This document shows positions 61,819 to 64,000 of a stretch of DNA of 64,000 nt, in pieces (position 1 is the stretch's first letter; every line of letters begins with the position of its first letter). The position numbers and the translations under genes are program-made. Under the pieces are notes generated by a model that did not search any database, was not told the origin of the DNA, and saw nothing but the letters and a program-made list of their open reading frames with translations. The stretch comes from Macrostomum hystrix (taxonomy: Eukaryota; Animalia; Platyhelminthes). The stretch spans positions 1,240,001 to 1,304,000 of the forward strand of contig CATNEN010000037.1 in the NCBI GenBank assembly GCA_950097015.1, read 5' to 3'.

Positions 61819-64000
61819 ATGTCACAGCCACAAACCAACGAGGATGAGGGTGCAATCCCTCCATCAATGGACTCTGAAGCCGCAAAGACTTCTAAAATTG
61901 TGCGTCCCCGCACTTTTGGCCGTCCATTGTCTGCTAATGAACCGACTGTTAAAAAGCTCCGACTTCAGAGTAAGTGGATGTTTTGCAATTTTAGTATTCG
62001 GAAAATTGCTGGCTTTATGTTTCTGTACTGTGCTAACGTAATTTTGTATTTTAGAAAGCAACTTGCCAGTGCCTTCGTCGTTAGACAATAGTCAAGCTCA
62101 GGCATCTAGGCTAACAAAGCAGACATTCATTCCTCTGCCAAAAACAGCAAGGCATCCGCCGGCCTCCGCTAATTTAGAAGGTTGCAGCACTGAATATTCA
62201 GTAAACCAAACAGGCATAGTCTCTGAGCACGATGAAGAAAATATCTGCAGCACTCCCTCTGTAAAGGCTTTCCCAAGTGCGCCAGGCTCCAGAGCTCAAG
62301 ATGAACCACCAATGCTTAATGAAGTTCTAGCCGAAAATGATCGGTTCAATAATGATATTGCTAACCACGAAGAGCAGCTAATTATAAAGGATAGAATTAT
62401 TGCAGAGCTGCGCGAGAAACTCCAGCAGTTGACAGGTACTGATCATTCCACTTATGCTAGGACTGAAACAGAATCGCTGTTACCAGCTGGCCTTAACCCA
62501 AAGCTAGTCGCTAGCATCGCGACTAATACTGAGAGGGATGCTGAACACAACGAAATCGTTGAAAGCACTGTCGAGAAGGTTTCATCTCTAACTGTTTTAA
62601 ATCTTCAACAACAGGTGGCTGAACTAGAAGCGCGAATCAATCTCCTACAAGACCGTAATAACGCACTGTCGTCTCAGCTGAATGAACTGGAAGTTGCAAA
62701 GCTGCATAATTATATTTTTCGTTTGCAAGACATCAATTCAAAATTTGCTACAGGAATCGCCGCCTTAGAAGCAACACTTGCAGACCAAAGCAGCAAAGTA
62801 AATCAGGAACCACAGAATTTAAAATCTATAGAAACTGTTCAGCTTCAAGTCAATAGTAATGACTGCCTAAAGTCAGGTGAGATACACGCAACATTTTCTG
62901 AACTAGAAACTGGGATAATAAAACTAGGCGAACAACTGCAGCTTTTTAACGTCTGTCTATTCCATGTACAAACTTGCACAAAACAAAAAGCAAAAACTTC
63001 CGAAGAGTCACAAAGTGCTTGGACAGCAGAGTCGATCGAACTGAATGGGCGTATCGCTGAGCTAGTAGCTCGAATCAGCGCAAACGACTTAGAAAGGGCT
63101 GAAAGTGCCGAACGCGTTTCCGAGTTGGAGAGTGCGAAGCGACAGCTGGAAGAGCGACTCCAGACAATGCAAGACGAGCACGCAAGCTTGTTTGACGAGA
63201 AGTCGGCAAAGGAGAAGGAAGTAGATGAGCTTCGCTCAAGCTTGACGCAGACTGATGAGCGAGTTCGTGAGTTGGAGAGTGATCGACAACTAGTTATCGA
63301 AAATTTTCTGTCGGTTCAATGTGAGCAAAGCCGTTTAATTGCTGAGAAATCTTCATGCGAGCAACTAGTGGAAGAAATGCGAGCATCTAATTATGTTTTA
63401 GAAAACAAGTTTCAGGAAGCGGAGAATAGTTTCAAGAATATTTGCCAAGAGTATGATCAGATGATTAAAAATCTTGAGAAGCAGTTAAATTTTGCGGAAG
63501 GCGTTTCATCATCGCTTAGTGCAGATGTTGCTGATAAATCGACTCAAATTAATGCGTTGCAGGAAACTCTATCGTCCTTAGAATCGAAATGCTCACTTTT
63601 GGAACTTTCTGCTAAAACAGTTCAAAGTGAAAAGGCAGAATTGGAAGATTTACATCAGCTAAAGGTATCTCGGATTGAAAGGTTAGAGACAGAGCTGAGT
63701 GAAGTGACCTCTCATGCCAGGTCATTGCAAATTTCCTTGGATTCTAAGTTAGCGGAGCTGGCTGCCACTGAGGAAATGCTTCGCGAAGCAAACGTCAAGC
63801 TTGATCGTGCCTGTGCCAGTGCGTCTGCACTTGAAACGGAACACTCAGATATGCAGCGTCGAAATTCTGTGCTTGCCGATGCTCTATCAATTAAGGTAGT
63901 TGAACTGAAGCAGGCCGACGAGCACAGGGACGCGATTAGTTCGGATTTGGAAGTTGTCCGAAATCAGCTCACTGCCTGCAGGCTGGATTGCGAGCGACGT
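61819..64000 (+). CDS. Long coiled-coil protein, partial (runs off the window end)
   Basis: Exon 61819-61969 (MSQPQTNEDEG..KKLRLQ, A|gtaagt), an 85-nt phase-1 intron, then exon 62055->64000 (ttttag|AA) open for ~648 codons. It is E/L/Q/K-rich with heptad character (LQQQVAELEARINLLQDRNNALSSQLNELE). The ORF track misses it because there is no stop. Confidence 0.88.

Overview
This is eukaryotic, intron-rich genomic DNA with GT-AG introns, GC-rich exons and AT-rich flanks. About 19 kb (~30%, my rough sum) is tandem minisatellite, which explains most of the long ORFs in the supplied track. The style resembles a free-living flatworm such as Macrostomum; this is an inference and was not confirmed. 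Genes I could reconstruct with phase-consistent splice sites: two divergent DEG/ENaC channels (5948-8687 minus; 26337-29013 plus), a TSEN2-like tRNA-splicing endonuclease subunit (~11227-12441 plus), a five-exon CFAP77-like ciliary gene not evident from the ORF track (38510-45090 minus), an LRRC63-like gene head-to-head with it (45557-52986 plus), RPL15 (54270-55380 minus) and a long coiled-coil gene running off the window end (61819->64000 plus). An intronless M13/neprilysin-like pseudogene lies antisense in CFAP77 intron 1. Mobile DNA comprises two tRNA-derived SINE families, a foldback element and nested MITEs. I found no CRISPR array, rRNA or true tRNA gene, and no clear-cut new multi-gene system. 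The best leads are the TSEN2 with a catalytic Lys->Arg change, inverted minisatellites bracketing a CFAP77 exon, DEG/ENaC channels with altered or missing HG gating motifs, a compact M13 catalytic domain and minisatellite-filled introns. All family assignments come from motifs recalled from memory, not database searches.
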